Source: the human T2T-CHM13v2.0 reference genome, Homo sapiens. From it: DNA of 64,000 nucleotides. Both the position numbers and the translations under genes were made by a program. The stretch lies in assembly GCF_009914755.1 (NCBI RefSeq), contig NC_060932.1. One strand, given 5' to 3'. Positions 25,496 through 41,100 of the stretch are shown here, in pieces. The notes under the pieces are model-generated. The model saw only the letters and a program-made list of their open reading frames with translations, was not told where the DNA came from and searched no databases. Numbering within the stretch: the stretch's first letter is position 1; every line of letters starts with the position of its first letter.

Positions 25496-27809
25496 AGAAC
25501 AACAGGAACAAAATTATGTTGTATTTTGGCTCTGTTGTGTTGTGTTTTTTTAACGTATCAATTACTTGAGCTATACATGATAAACTCTTCTGCTAGACTA
25601 GAAGCTGCAAGAAAACAGAGACCCTACAATTTATGTTCCTTGAGGTTTCCCTAGAGTCAAGTACCTGGCCCATGGTAGCCAGCTAGCTGTCCTGCCTGTT
25701 CTTATTTGATTGTTTTATTTTAAGCCATGCCTGTCTTTCTAGAGAAATCTAGATCAATATATTTTCTCTCTAACTTCTTGATTGCCTCCTAAAACATGCT
25801 GAATACTACATTAGTTTTTCTTTATGTACTTCTCCAAAGGCAATCTCTCTCTGCCCTTATGTCTTTCAGAGAACCTTATATATCTATAACATTATACCTC
25901 ATATAGAAGGCACAAGCTGAGTCTTATGCAACGTTTAATGATTGGTCATCAAAAGAAGATTAATCAAAGAGCACCTTAGCAAGCTTACTAGAGAAGCTCA
26001 AGGCACACCGCAAAATTCATCAGCATTTTTTCTTGTGAGTTTCCCTTTGTGGATCAACATTGATCTTTTTTCCAGAAAAAGAAAAAAAGACACCAGGACC
26101 TTTTGTAACCTTCCCATTCCTTTTACACCCCACCCCATCCCACATGCCAAAGAATTTCCAAGAAGTGCTTCACTAGCTACTTCTCTACTCTGGGTTGCAG
26201 ATAAGTTCAAGTATTTTGAATGGCACAGAAGCGATTTCTCTTTGGCCAAAAGAGAAACTCAGGGGAATGAAAAAAATTAAAGGCAAGCCTACTTGTGAGC
26301 TTCCCAAACTGAGCAAGTTTGGGTGCAGCATATGTAGTCTCAGTTTTGGAAACCACAATATGCCATTCATCCCTAACTAGATGACGGGACAGAAATGTTG
26401 TTGCTGAACCAACCAAGGGAAATATGCTTGCTGATTACCCAAAACAAACTTGCAAAATTCAACTTCTAGTGCTCCAAATTTTCAGATGGGAAAATTTTTC
26501 TTATATATAATTTTGAATTATTTTTTTCACTTGCTAAGTGAACATGAAGTAATTGGGGGGCATATTTGAAAAGATGGGGTTCTTATCTGATAAAATATGA
26601 ATCAAGAACAAAACAATTGTAGGTTAAGAAAATTCCAGAATAGCTAAGCAGAGTCCCTTCCTGAAGATGAGAATGGGTATGTGTGGAGAAAGAGTAGGTG
26701 TTGTCAAAGATGCTGACATTAAAACACAGACCTTTGGGGCATGTGATTTGGTTCAGCCAATGAAATACAAACTATTGATGCCCTTTGTTACTGAAAACCT
26801 TTCATCCATTCATCAAGGAGCCCCATTCACACCACCTCCCTCCTGGGGCTGTAATGCAGTCTTTTCTCCTGAGAGCTGATGTTGAGGCCCAGGACTCGGT
26901 AAAGTTGACAAAGAAAGCCAGGAATTTCCACTGGGGTCACGCCAGGGGCACTGCCTTGGGAGACAAAACTACGGGGTCTTCCTCCTGAGGAAAGCCTCTT
27001 GACTCAGCTCATTCTTTCTACTTCCCCATCTCTCTCCTCCTTTAAAAAAAAAAAAAAGCCAAAATAGAGATCCTTTGGTCTGCCCAAATACAAATCCTAC
27101 TTATTTGTCCATCAATTATCTCTGGACTTCCCAAAGCACGTCAACAAAGCATTTTATCTACAGGTACCTATTGTTTAGGGCTATAGCCTTTGGAGAAGTT
27201 GAATTTGCAGTAATCCGTCTATACACAAATACTCATCAGTCAATAAGAAGCTATACTATGAGCAATGGCGGAACATTCCAGGAAGATGGCAGAATCTAGA
27301 CAGCGTTCCACAAAATGTGCTGTGAGATACTGAATTTCTGGCTGCTTCGAAGTGTTTATCACTCGCTAAAACGGCCATTTTATTAAGTACTCATTTTTTT
27401 AAATATCATTGAAACAGTCATATAGTTGTCTTCTATTCAGAAATGACTGCTGCCTAGGATTTGGGGTTTGTTGTTTATTTTGTTTTGGGCTTTTTTCCCC
27501 TGGAATACTAGATTTATTGGAATCAGAGAATGAACACCAAAGGTTGACCTAACATTTATCCTCAAATTGTGGCTCCTGGAGGAGTTAATATGACAAGATG
27601 ATAACCTAATAATTATTGGAGAGGACATCATTTTCTGTAAAGAACTGCACCCAAGCAAAATAGGTAATGATTACTCATGCTCGGATTCCATAGCTTTAAT
27701 TATCAGCTTTCTGAAGAAGCCTTTTGGAGTCTGCAGACAGCACTGGCAAAGATGAAAAGAAAAAGAAAACGTTTTGCTGGCAACTTACAAAGTACAACTA
27801 GCACTCCCA

Positions 27810-28740
27810 TCTCCACCGCGCGGCAAAATGCACAGCCTCGGCAGGTCACGCCGGATCAGAGCTACAGAATAGGTGTCAGAAGCTGGCCGGGCCGCAGCGG
27901 CCACGTGTCTCCAGCACTGTGAACCTAGGACGAGGGAGCCCACATATTCCTGATTCTTTTCCCGTGAACCATGCCAATTTTTTTTTAGTTCTTTGAGAAA
28001 CCCGTGGGTGGGCACAGATGGGAAGTGGGAAGCTGTAAAAGGGAAGAAGATGGTATTGGAGTGGAGTGCAGAGCCAGGCGCGCCTCTGCAAGCGCGTCCT
28101 CGCGGACCCAGATGGCGCGGCCCCTGCGCTCCGCTCCCGGGCCCTGCTGCCTCCGCCGCGCCCCCTATAGGCCGCCAGCACCGAGGAACCGAGGCCGAGA
28201 CCAGCCACCCCAGGCCTGTCTATTTACAGCAATAAGCCTACGGGCTGCCGCTCAGCATGCAACCAGTTGTTCAATGCACACAACAAACATTTTTAAAAAG
28301 CAGCATCGGATTAGAAAAAAAAAGAGTTGATGCTGCTCTCCAGTGTTATAAAAGGCTTGTCGCTTTATCATTGTTGTTCAATATGATGCCATTAAGAAGC
28401 CTCTTTACTTCCCACTTTCAGGTGAGCCCGAAACTCGGCTTAGGGAAGGGGATCCCCTCTACGCATCCAGAAGACATAAAAGCAGCCCTTTCCTAAGGAA
28501 GTCCCAGCAAAGGCAGTCAACTTAGGAAACATTAGCGCAGCGTGGAGTTTGGAGACTCTGCCTGCAGCACACGTGCCAGGTAGGCAATGAGGCGAGAGGA
28601 AAGCGGGTCGGCCAGGCTCGGAGCTGGGTGTTCCCAAAGCTGGGGGGAGGGGGGCGGTGCACATTGACGCACTTATCCTCTACAGGTAGGTGAGCCAGCA
28701 TCAGAGAGCAGCGTAGTGGCCCGTGACAGTAATCTGCGCT
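27810..28740. promoter_or_regulatory. Small CpG island / candidate promoter-insulator
   Basis: Dense CpG at 27810-27910 and 28070-28250; CTCF-like motifs at 28104-28118 (+) and 28158-28173 (-); E-box CACGTG at 27902; GC box at ~28650. Confidence 0.7.
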
Positions 28741-29330
28741 TTTTGCTCTTTGGAAGAAGACAAACTGATGAGGAGGAGGAGGAAGTTTAGACGATAATTA
28801 AATTATTAGCACAAGGCAGCTGCAGAAACGTGCTCTGTGGCCCCCCTCCAGAGCCATTTCTCAGGCTACCTTGCAGCTTGCGGTTGTTAGGTCCCTCTCC
28901 CAGACCCAGGCTTCCCTCCGGTTTTGTGAGATGGGGAGAACACACTCACGGTGGGCTTGGTGGGAGTACTGAGGGGCTACCCTCCTTGAAGACCGGGCCC
29001 AGGGCCAACACGTGGATGCTCCTGGAGGCTCAGCTCCCACCTCTCCCTTCTTCATCCAGCCAAACCTGCCCCACGTTAGTGTTGCTCTGTACATCCACTC
29101 AGCCCAGCACGAATATTGTAGGCAAACCCATGCCTCAGTACCAGCACTGGGAAAATAAAAACACACATCCACTGAAAGTCTGAAAAGACCTTGGCATCCA
29201 GACATGCTGTAGCGAAACAGTTTTAAGTTTTTATGACAGCAGAGCCTTTCCTCAAATGCTGAACCCAAAGCATACAAGAACCAAATCGCCATGGTGAGAG
29301 AGAGGCATTAGACTGCAGCTATTAAGATCA

Positions 29331-29655
29331 TGACTCCAGCCTGTCATCTAAGCTACTTGGGAGGCTGATGCAGGAGGATTGCTTGAGCCCAGGAGGTGGA
29401 GACCAGCCCAGGGAACATAGCAAGACCTCTGTCTCTAAAAAAACTTAAAAATGTAAAATATTTAAGAACTTAGCCAGGCATGGTGGCATGTGCCTGTACT
29501 CACCACTACTTAGGAGGCTGAAGTGGGAGGACTGCTAAAGCCCAGGAGCTTGAGGCTGCAGTGAGCCGTGATTGCACCTCTGCACTCCAGCCTGGGAGAC
29601 AGAGCGAGTCTCCCCGATGCGCACCCCCGTCTCCAAAAGACAAAAGAAAGAAAGA
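29331..29655 (+). mobile_element. AluJ
   Basis: Diverged dimer with J-type gaggattgcttgagcccaggag and gaggctgcagtgagccgtgatt. Confidence 0.85.
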
Positions 29656-30099
29656 AGAGTGTGACTCTGACACCTGATTATTAGCTTCAAACCAGCTCTG
29701 CATTTACTATTTATGCTACTGGTCTTTTTTGCCAGTGTTTTACCAGGGCATTGCCTGAACCATAGCAGATACTACACAAATACTGGCTTAATTATTGATG
29801 GCTGCCCCACAAACCCCTTAGTGGCCAGGCTGCCTCTGACTCAATGCTGTTTGTGAACAGCCCTAGGTGATCCATTAGTTCAAATTTATCCTGTTTTTAA
29901 TGCTAGGCCTGAAATTGACAATTGATTCTGGGCTGTTCTAGGAAGATTCAGATTACAAGCACATTCCTTGTCTTTATAGAGCAGAGGTCTGAAAGCTGTG
30001 TTCTATAGCTCGAGGGTTCTTTGGATGCGATTTAGGGCCACTGAAGGGTGACAAAGAAGTTGAGTGGAGTGAGCTCTGAGTCTCTGCACACCTTAGCCT

Positions 30100-30270
30100 T
30101 AGTAGTAATAACACTAACAAGCACGTAGACATCATTTGCTGCATAACAGGCCCCACTCTCACCACTTTACACAAATGAATTTTATCCCCATGACAACGCT
30201 AAGTGCAAAGTAGGATTGTTCTCACTTGGGGAAACTGAGACACAGGGTCAGCAAATGGCTTGTTCAAAAT
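30100..30270 (-). mobile_element. MIR remnant
   Basis: ggggaaactgagacacagggtcagcaaatggcttgttcaa. Confidence 0.55.
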
Positions 30271-32399
30271 TGCATAAAGACCAGTTCCTCTACTCTGGGA
30301 GCTTGTGGTCCAGTGGCCAAGACAGATACAGAGCAAAGAAAACACTGGGATGCGTTTTTGGAAAGGAGATACCTTATCAACAAATGTTCTTATCAACATT
30401 TCCTTCAAGGATAGAAAAATGGGCCTCATGGAATATTTCCAGGAAAAATTAAAAACAGTGTGATTCATAAGTAACACAAGATCACAAACCCTTAAATCTG
30501 TGTATAGCATATTAACAAACCTGGATTGTCCTTCTACTACATGCTTCATGGCATTCTTTCATAGAAAAGTGCATTCCTACAGGTTGCTCCCAAAAAAAGC
30601 ATCCTCCAATCAGTCTATTACATCATTTCATTAAAAAAAAAAGCATTAAAATTTTCCAAAACTGTTGGGGTTTTTTTTGTAACCTGTCTTGTAAATAAAG
30701 ATTTTTTTAAGACTAACTCAGTCATCCTGGGTAATGAATTAATGTTTTCATTCAAGATCTTGAAACTATGACAAACATATATAAAGCAAATATGTTACAT
30801 TTTGAGTTATAGTCAGTCCATAGACTGAACTAATAAAATAGCCTTTATAGAAAAGATTTTATACTTCTGTTCTTCCTTTATTTTGCTTAGTTGTTCTATG
30901 CCCAAATCATTTATTTTGCCTTTAAAACTAGGCAGTGGAAGTCCAGTACCTGCCTTGGGGTCTGGTGGGAGGAGCCTCACTATCTGCTCAGAGGGAGAGT
31001 TCCAGGGCCTTTGCCACCAACTAGCGAGGTGATTGGAGTGAGTTAGATGATATGTATGACTTTAAAAGACCCACTCTCAATTAAAGTAGAAATTTAAAAA
31101 AAACCCACAAACCAAAACCCTAGCAATTAACCTGGATTCAATACAAAAATTATTCACTGGCTCCGTGCCCTGTGCCCACAACTGTACCGCATCCTTTAAA
31201 AAGGCCAATGTCTTCCGGGAGCAGGACTCACCCCAACTCTCTTGAAAGTTTCTGATCTTAGGAAAGGAAGAAAACCTACTCACTTCTACTTTCCCATGCC
31301 CACTCCCATCAACACTTTAAATTCTGTACAGAGAAAAGAATGTATGCATTAAGAGCAGTCAATTTGTAAGCCTTGCCTGCTTCTGCTATAGGAGCTGATG
31401 TTTGGCTTGTGCCTACTCATGTGTTTACCTTCATCATAACTGCCAAGGGAAAGAGGGGAGTTGGGGAAAGAGGGAAAGGGGAAACAGGAGAGTGAGTCTT
31501 CATGGAGCTGCTGGATTCTGGAACACACTCTGGAACCACAGGGAAGCTAAGTCCCGGGACTCTTGGGAATGGCATCTGCAATGACCAGCCTGCACTAATC
31601 CCCCTGCATGGACCTGGCATTCAGCCACCTGCTTGTATCCTGGGACTACCTCCAGTGGAAAGGAATCAGTGTTGAAGGGCAGAAAGCAACCACATTTCTC
31701 CCACCAAATTTTTGGAGGAAGGACATTAGGAACTAGTAAAATCATTTTGGCTTATCATAAAAAGAATTATGTGATTTTAAAGAACTGTTTTAATGATAGG
31801 TTTAACATTTTTATCTGAATTATAAGCATTCATGCACCTGCACACTTCAATACATTCATAAAAACCCAAGAGCAATACAAAGCCTTGAATAATAACAGCA
31901 GCTGGCATATATTTTTTTGCCATTCTTCTCTCAAAAACATAGTCCTGATTATTTATAGATAATAGTGCATGTTATTCACCTTTCTACCAGAAAATTAAGA
32001 GAGTTAACAAAAATACATTATTTATAGGGCCATCCCTGAATAGGAAATAAAAGAAGCATTCACACTTATTAAAATAGAGCCTGTAAAAGTGAATAAGGTA
32101 CAGATATTTCTTATTTGAGAGAACATTTTAAAACCTAATAATATTGGTATAATGTCATATGGTCTTTGAAGAGAAGTTTTACATCTGATGTATCCTTGAA
32201 AACCCCTGGAACCTAGCAACATTACTTGGTGAATATTGGTTAAATAAATGAATAAACCACAAAACAAAAAGCCCCACACACACACACGATAGTGAAGGCC
32301 ATTAAACCATGGAATCAGGAACTGCAAGAAGCTGAATTAGAAAAAACTTACAAGATAATTCTAGTAATCCTCCAGTCTCTATGGGTGTAAATGTTCCTA

Positions 32400-32540
32400 G
32401 AGGGTTTCTGTTAAAGATACAGATAACTCCCCATCACTTGCTGCTCATAGTAGATCTTGATTCAGTAAGTCTGGTGCTGAACCCAGGACTCTGCATTTTA
32501 ACTAGGCCCCTAGGATTCCCACCATAAGTTGAGGAGCGTC
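32400..32540. mobile_element. MER5-like hAT fragment
   Basis: gattcagtaagtctgg...cccaggactctgcattttaac. Confidence 0.5.
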
Positions 32541-32594
32541 ACTTTAGTGGGGTGTTCAACAATTCCAAGCGTGTTCTACTGATGAAAGTGCTTT

Positions 32595-32962
<368 letters not shown>

Positions 32963-33170
32963 TCATACCGCTGGGCAAAGACTTCATCTCTGGGTGCTTC
33001 AGTTTCCATATCTGCAAATTTGGACATAAGGATAGCACTGTCTACTAATTGATTATTAAAGTATCTAAAACCATACAGTGTTAGGTACAGTACAGATATA
33101 GGCCTTAAGCCATCTTAAAACTGATATGAGGAGTCAGTTTACTTGTACATCATTTATTAAACACAAAATA

Positions 33171-33558
33171 TGCCTGGGCTGAATCGTGTTCCCCAAAATT
33201 TCATAAGTTGAAGTCTTACCTCTAGTATCTCAGAGCGTGACCATATTTGGAGATGGGGGTCTTTACAGGAGTGATTAAGAAAAACTGAGGTCATTGGGGT
33301 GAACCCTAATCTAATGTGACTGGTGTCCTTACAAGATGAGAAAATTTGGACACAGACAGAAATACACAGAGGGAATTCTGCACAATATCAACTCTTCCCT
33401 GGGTCTCCAGCCTGCCAGCCTGCCCTGCAGATATCAGCCTTGCCAACCATCACAATCCCATGAGCCAATTCTTAAAATAAATCTAGAGAGATGAATGGTA
33501 GATGTTACATACAGAGATACAGCCTATTGGTTCTGTTTCTCTAGAGAACCCTAATACA
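33171..33558 (+). mobile_element. Composite LTR: MLT1-like 5' half joined to MLT2-like 3' half
   Basis: 5' gggctgaatcgtgttccccaaaatt...ccctaatctaatgtgactggtgtcctt (MLT1A/B-like); 3' cctattggttctgtttctctagagaaccctaataca (MLT2-like). Confidence 0.65.
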
Positions 33559-34016
33559 GCCTCTGAAGATAATAAAAATGATGCTTCTTGGATGCTTCTA
33601 ATTCTTTCCAAAAGTAACTACACTGCATTAGGCCTCTGAAAGGGTGGAGAGGGTCAGAGCAGCTGAGAGTCCCAGAGGGTGTACTATGCAGTGGGCTGCC
33701 CTTCTTTTCTCCCTGCACCCAGATCCCACCCAACTCCCAATCACTAGTTCTTCTCAGTGTTCCTCAGCCCTCCGAGTCTGTTTACACGTAGGACCCACTG
33801 CAAGTGAGTTCTCTGAGGGTTCTGATGTGGGTTCTGCTTTTCGAGAACTGCTGATGTGGGTAGAGCTGACCTGTATGGGGCATCATCCTGGACTTGGATC
33901 TTGAGGTCTTCCGCTCCTCCTTCCTAACCACTCTCACCCGACAGGCCCACCAAGCCATGAAAGCCAGTTGTCAAGACTTGGGGAACTGTTATTTTTACTA
34001 TCAAAACCACCTTCTT

Positions 34017-34317
<301 letters not shown>

Positions 34318-36096
34318 AGTCTTCTTTCATTTTGAAGGCAGTAGACCCAGGTTGTCTGCAACCTGTTTGATTTAGAAGCACATTGAGCCTGCACCTCTGC
34401 TCCTGGTTTGTTTAGGGAGGTCTCTCCAGCCCTAGAAGTTCTCCTCTGTGCAGATGTGCTTTACTTTGGAGCTTGCCTAGCCTGAGCTAGGAAAGATGTC
34501 CCAGGTCCCCAAAATAAACACTCTAGACAAAAATAACTGAATGCGGAAACAGTATTTGAAAATTTTTGAAATGCTTCTTGAGACAATTTTGTTGTGACTA
34601 TACATTGCAAACAATGACTGTGGCTTATTCATCTAAATCTCCTCAGCATCTAGCTTGTCATGAGTGGATACTCAGGAGAGGTTTAAGGGATGTGGAATGA
34701 ATGAAGGAATGAATGGGATTTACCTCTGTAATTACAACACACCATAAAGATCCAGGAGTAAATTGAGCTTTTGTTTCTATCCTTTAAGTCTAGGGAGCTG
34801 CAGGATTTCCCAATTTTCACCATGGCCATTAATATGTAAATTGCCTGTCCATTTATTTAATAAAATGATATATTAGGAGAGCTGTGCTTTATAAAAACTT
34901 GTCTGAAGTAAACATAATCATATAGAATAAATGCCTACCTGAAAACCATAAGAAAAAATAAGTTTCCAAATCCCTTGCTAAAGCAGTCAAGTAAACTCAG
35001 GTATCAATGTGTTAATTTTATTTTTTTAATAATATGCTTTTGTCTGGATTGGAGAACATATTTCTTTCAGAGGATCCAACCTTTACCATAGTTTTAAGAG
35101 AATAATGATTTGTATCACTAGAGGGAGACACAGTTTGCCAAAAAGCTATTACCAGGCAGAACTGAAAACTTTCCAGTCTTAAGACTAAAACAACAAGAAA
35201 TAAAGCTACTACATATTGTTTCCCATATTCATATCATTGTGAATTTAACAAATTCAAAACTAGAATTAGTGAAACAACAGGTTAATTTTTCCCTTCTGAA
35301 ATAATATTGAAACTGTGAATCAAAAGGTAGAAATGGACATTGTCAAACTTTAGTGAAACACTAAAATTCAAACACAATGATGTTGAAATATCAGAATTTT
35401 TCAACTATCTCAAGACAATAAAAATCAGTACACAAAGATTGTATCTATGTGCTTAAGTGTCTGCCTCTGTGAACAGCTGCTTTTCTAACATAAAAATGAA
35501 TTCATCTAAATCTCTCTCCCAGGTAAAGAAGTCAGAGTTGAATTCCATACTTACATCACAACACAAAATGGAAGACCTGACTTTGAGACCTTGGTATAAC
35601 AGTAAAATGTCAGATTTCCACTTCTTAATTAAAGAACAACAAATATCATGCTTTTTTTTTTTTCTGGTGTATGTGTAGTGCATGTACTTGCGTTTAAACC
35701 ACAGTTCAGTGAAACTAAAATGTGATTATGTTTCTAGCAGATGGGCTTGTTTTGTTTTTTACCAATTTACATTTACATTTCCTACCTGGCCTCTGAAGAC
35801 ATTTGAAATTGTTATTATTATTCTCATTTTATAGGAAGAAAATTAAGGCAGAGCTATTTGAAGTAATTTCTCATAGACACAAAAGAAGGATGATGTTCCA
35901 AGCCCAGATCTTTGGTTACTTGTTTCACAGTCTTGTTATCCAACAAGGTAGCCATGAAGATTGTGCCAGAAACCCAGGAAATGGAAGGAGAAGACTACAA
36001 AGTTTAAGGAGAAGTGGCAGCATTCTTCCCTAAGATGGAGTACAGCGAAGTAAAATTTGGAAGATAGCTTGTTTCTAGCTTCATGATCTTCTGTGA

Positions 36097-36441
<345 letters not shown>

Positions 36442-39400
36442 TTACCACTCTTTTCTATAGGAAATTTTTTCTAAGGAACCTCATAGACTATTCTTTTGGA
36501 AACTGCAGAGCACAGCTGGAAAAAAAAAAACAGGAATACTAAGTAAATCTCTTTTTTGAGGATCCAAGAACAGAACGGCCTCTATGGAAGCCAAAGGGAC
36601 CAAGATGGACTGGGCATTTGAATTTTTAATGCCTATCCTAAAAAAAAGTTTAGGTTTTGAAGCAGCTTGGCAACTGTAAGGGAGCTTTGCCTACAAAAGG
36701 CAAAAAGTTTTAGTTAAGAAGTGATGACAGAAGTCCACACCCAGGTGAAAAACCAGTTATAATACTCTAAAAAAAAAAAAAATCATCCAACACTCACTTA
36801 GAATGACCTCCCTGGCTCTTTCCTCACCAATGACTCCTGTCCCTTTCTCACCACTTTTTATGTATCTTTCTACTGTTCTAGACCAATTCTGTCCTCTTTC
36901 TACAGATCTTTCTGTTCTTCACTGCCCCTTCTGTATTTACTGAAATATGTTTTCTTTAATCCTGGTATTTGTTCTACTTATTGAATGAAACATCAGTTTC
37001 CCTGTTGTTCATTTTTAAATATTGGTTAGAGATTTACTATGTCTCTTTTAAAAACTAAAGTTCTTTCCTTCTATGTATGTCTTATCAATTGATTTTTTTC
37101 TTCCAATGATTCAATGATCTGCAATGAAAATCATTCTCCTGTCCCATCCTTTCTCTTCCAAACTCCTGTCATCATGACTGACATTCAGCTGCCTGCTGTT
37201 TGCAGCACTCACTTTTTCTTAGGCCACCCTATTTCCAGGGAGATCACAGACAGAAATTCAAACATATAAGAATAGGTGGTGGCACAAGTAAACCCACAGC
37301 CACAGCGAATCATTTCCGTGAATGTCACTGAGATCTTTGGGATTCCATAGGAAACAACTGAAGCAAAGTCCTGCTGCCCAGAAGCCAGCCCCAAAGAAAT
37401 GCCATCCTATAACTGGAGCTTTTGAAGTAAAGAGAGTGCAGGCACTGTTAGTGCCATACAGTTAAGTCCTCCACGGGAGCAGCTCCTGGTGTGGTGAGTG
37501 GTATGAGGTGTCCTCAATGGGACAGAGAACACCGTTCCCCTTGATGCTTCCCAACACCGATGCTGCAATTGTCGAGATCACCACAGCATCAAGAACAGGC
37601 TGCTAATCTTCCCAAAAGCTGTCATGAGAAAGCCAAATTTGCCACAGTGTCATTTGTGCAAGGATAATGACATCATATTTTATGTCATTTGCAACCTATC
37701 TTAGTTTGTGATTACATGCACAGAAAGAAAAAAACAGAAAGTACACTTGGCAGGAATTACGGCACAAGCTGAGTTCTAGCTGTCCTCTCCTTGGAAACAT
37801 CTTTCAGTTTTCACAATGAGCCACTGCTGACTGCTTCCTAACACTGCCAAGTACTAAGATGTGAGGTGGCACGGGTTCCTGGGTCCCTTCCCTTGTTACT
37901 TCTCAGGCATTTGAAACACTGCTGTGACCGTGACCGTAACCAGCCTCTGTCAGCACTATTCCCTACACTTGAGAAACGGTGTTTCCCAAGGTTTGGCTAA
38001 AGAGAAAATGCAACCAATCAATAAAATGTTTAAGTGCTAATATTTTATAAAATACTGCGAGGAAGAAAACTTTACCTGAGTATAAAAATTCAGTTTACTT
38101 ATAAAACCATGGCAGCACTGTATTAGAACTGCCAGTCCTTTATTAGCTGAGTAGCAATGGTACACTTTAGCCAGGGCAAGGGAAGAGGGACGTACACTTG
38201 AGTCTGTAATTACATCCATTTTAGAATGGTTTCTTGTCTTCCCTGGGAAATATTCCAAGTCAGATGTCAAAGGACAGCTGTTTTACTCCAGATGTTTTTG
38301 GAGATCGCCAACATACATTTAGATTGGGAGTGAAGACACAGGAATTTAAAAAACATAAAATAGCCCTTTTATGATGCATTTAAATTCATTTCTTTTAGGA
38401 TTTAGAATAAAAGGAAGAACAGATGGTGTAGATGTAGTTTAAAGTGAGAACCATTAAAATAATCTTAGCCAGAAAGAGAGTTTTCCGTAACAGGAATTCA
38501 TGAACCATAAGAGTTTAAGCAAATTTTTTAAATGGCTCATATAATAAGAGACTATATGATTTCAATTATATTTCATACAATAAACTGATATGTAATAAGT
38601 ACCTTCAGGATTTCCATATTATGTTAGAGTACTAAAAATGGTGAAATGTCAAAAAAAAGAGTAACTGAAAAAAGATAAAACTACACATTGTTTTCTTCAA
38701 GAGTACACTCAGATTTTATAATTTTTCAGTTTTAAATCTCCAATCATTAGTCCCCATATTTATATAATTTGTAGATGTCTTATATTCGTGGAAAGAAAAG
38801 TAATACATTTTAATATAATAATATTATTTATGGCTTCTAGGCTTTAAATTACCTATTTCCTTGCTTTACATTGCACATTTTTAAAAGAAGATGGTAGCAA
38901 TTCACATAATTTCCATTGATAAAGTGATTTGTACCTCCAAATACGGCAAACAATTCCTTAGAAACCCATAAAAAAGTGTGTATGCACATAATTTAACATA
39001 CATACATTTACATAATACTTTAACTCCCTTTCACACACAGGACACACGCATCATATCAAGAAGAGTTCTGCTGCATGACACAAACCCTGCAGCTGTTGAA
39101 CTTCAAATGCCGAGTCAGTAATTTTTGGCTAACAGATTCGGACAACAGTTGTAATCTTACTGATAACTCCCAACGAGAGAACAATTGTTAGTGATGGTAA
39201 TGGAGCCAGAGTTTAATGAAGGTGGCGGGGGCTGGCCAGTAATAATAGCTCAGGCATAAAGTTTAAACCTCTTTATTGTGTAGCTGACCCCAATTATATC
39301 CCAAGACAAATAACACTCTTTACTCAAACACCTGATGCCAAGTGTGGCCACTTCCAATTTCTCCCTCATGGGAGCATCTGATCATTTCAGGACTATTTGA

Positions 39401-39808
39401 ACAATAGACATTAATTGTCAGTTTTGTATTTGATATGCTGGACCTCTCTGAAGTTGACTGAATTATTTTTTAAATCCCTTGGTTTCTTCATAACGATTTT
39501 TTAAAAGCACTTCCCTTAACTCATCCTTTTAAAAAAAATCTATCTATTTATCTATATATATATATAATGTTTTAATGATGCCACAAGCCAAGGTGGAGAT
39601 TAGGCACATGACGGACCATTCATCCAAAATGCAGTGTATACTCTAACGGCACCTGAGTGCCCTGGTTACATCAAAATAGAGTGATAACAGTATTTATTTC
39701 AGAAATGATAAAATTACTCAAAATGTGAAGAATTACCACTTGGTATTAACACAGAGCATTTGAACACTGCAAGAATTGCTTTGAACTAAAACACAGAAAA
39801 TATATATT

Positions 39809-40028
39809 TTTTCTTTTTTTGACAAAGAGTCTCACTCTGTCGCCCGGGCTGGAGTGCAGTGGCGCAATTTTGGTGCGCACCACCTCATCCGGCTAATTTT
39901 TTGTATTTTTAGTAGATACAGGGTTTTACCATATTGGATCTGCTGGTCTTGAACTCCTGACCTCAGGTGATCCACCCACCTCGGCCTCCCAAAATGCTGG
40001 GATAACAGGCATGAGCCACTGCGCCCAG
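39809..40028 (-). mobile_element. AluS with ~73-bp internal deletion in the right arm
   Basis: ggcgcaattttGG|tgcgcaccacc skips the consensus segment between two GGC motifs. Confidence 0.9.
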
Positions 40029-41100
40029 ATGAAAGTATTTTTAATTCAAGATTTCTGGAAGACAAGACCCCAGGTCATTTACCTCAGTAATGCTATTTTA
40101 CATAAACAACAAAAATCCGGGATCTAGTTCTGGAATCCAGCTGATAGAGGCTGCAATCCCTGTGAGGTGATTTTGGACATGGTACTTATCCTTGCTATGC
40201 TGTTTTCTCATATATAAAACAGAGTCAGAATGCACCTGTTTCAAATGAGTTCATGTGTGTAAGGAACCTGGCACTACATCTGGTTCACAGGAAGTGTCAA
40301 GCTATATTTTTCTTATTAGGATTATCAATAGAAAAATGGCTCTGCACTTATTTAACTGCATAAAGCACACTATTCATCTTTAATGAAGTGCAGGGACAAA
40401 CCCTGGACTAAGCTCATATTCTTATCCTCTGCCTACAGTCTAAAGAGAAAAAGACAGGAACTCAGTGACGGCAGTGCTGACTGATGGGAGAGTGCTGGCC
40501 CTTGGGACAGGAGGGCAGGAAAGAGCATCTCGTCAAAATCAAATATACCGATGAACCAGCAGATGTACCATTACCCAAATGGGAACACGTTGCCTTTCCC
40601 CGTCACAGTCATGAGTATCGCTACACAATTTGTTCAATCATTATGTTTTGGATTGGGTTGGTCCTACTAAAATGGCGTACTGGTCCACTTTGCTCCACAG
40701 ATCGTTTTCTGTCATTCAACACCCATTGGATGTTTCTCTTCCTTAGAATTATGTTGTTTATTTTTATCTTACCTTGTGAAAAGTCTAACCTGAAATGTCC
40801 CCGAGCTAGAGCACAAGGGTTTAAATTTCAACCTAAGCTTTTTTTTTTTAAAGTAACAATATCAAATAGGATGAAATAACTAAAGAAATCTAGACTGAAT
40901 CCTTGGTCTAACCCGAAAGCAATATCAAAAGACAGGATGATTTGTGAAGGTGCTTCCTGGCTATAGAATGCTCAGTTGTCTTCAAAGTTAAAGAAGCTGA
41001 AGGAACTAAATAAGGCAGTGCTAGGATATGACAAAGAGAACAAGGAATGAATACTCAGCACAAGAGTGCTGGAAGGTCTCCAGTGCACACAGGTGAGTGT

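Noticed and set aside
27785-28330. Arg/Ala/Pro-rich ORFs in the CpG island
   Set aside because: Expected stop-codon scarcity in GC-rich DNA; no homology recognised
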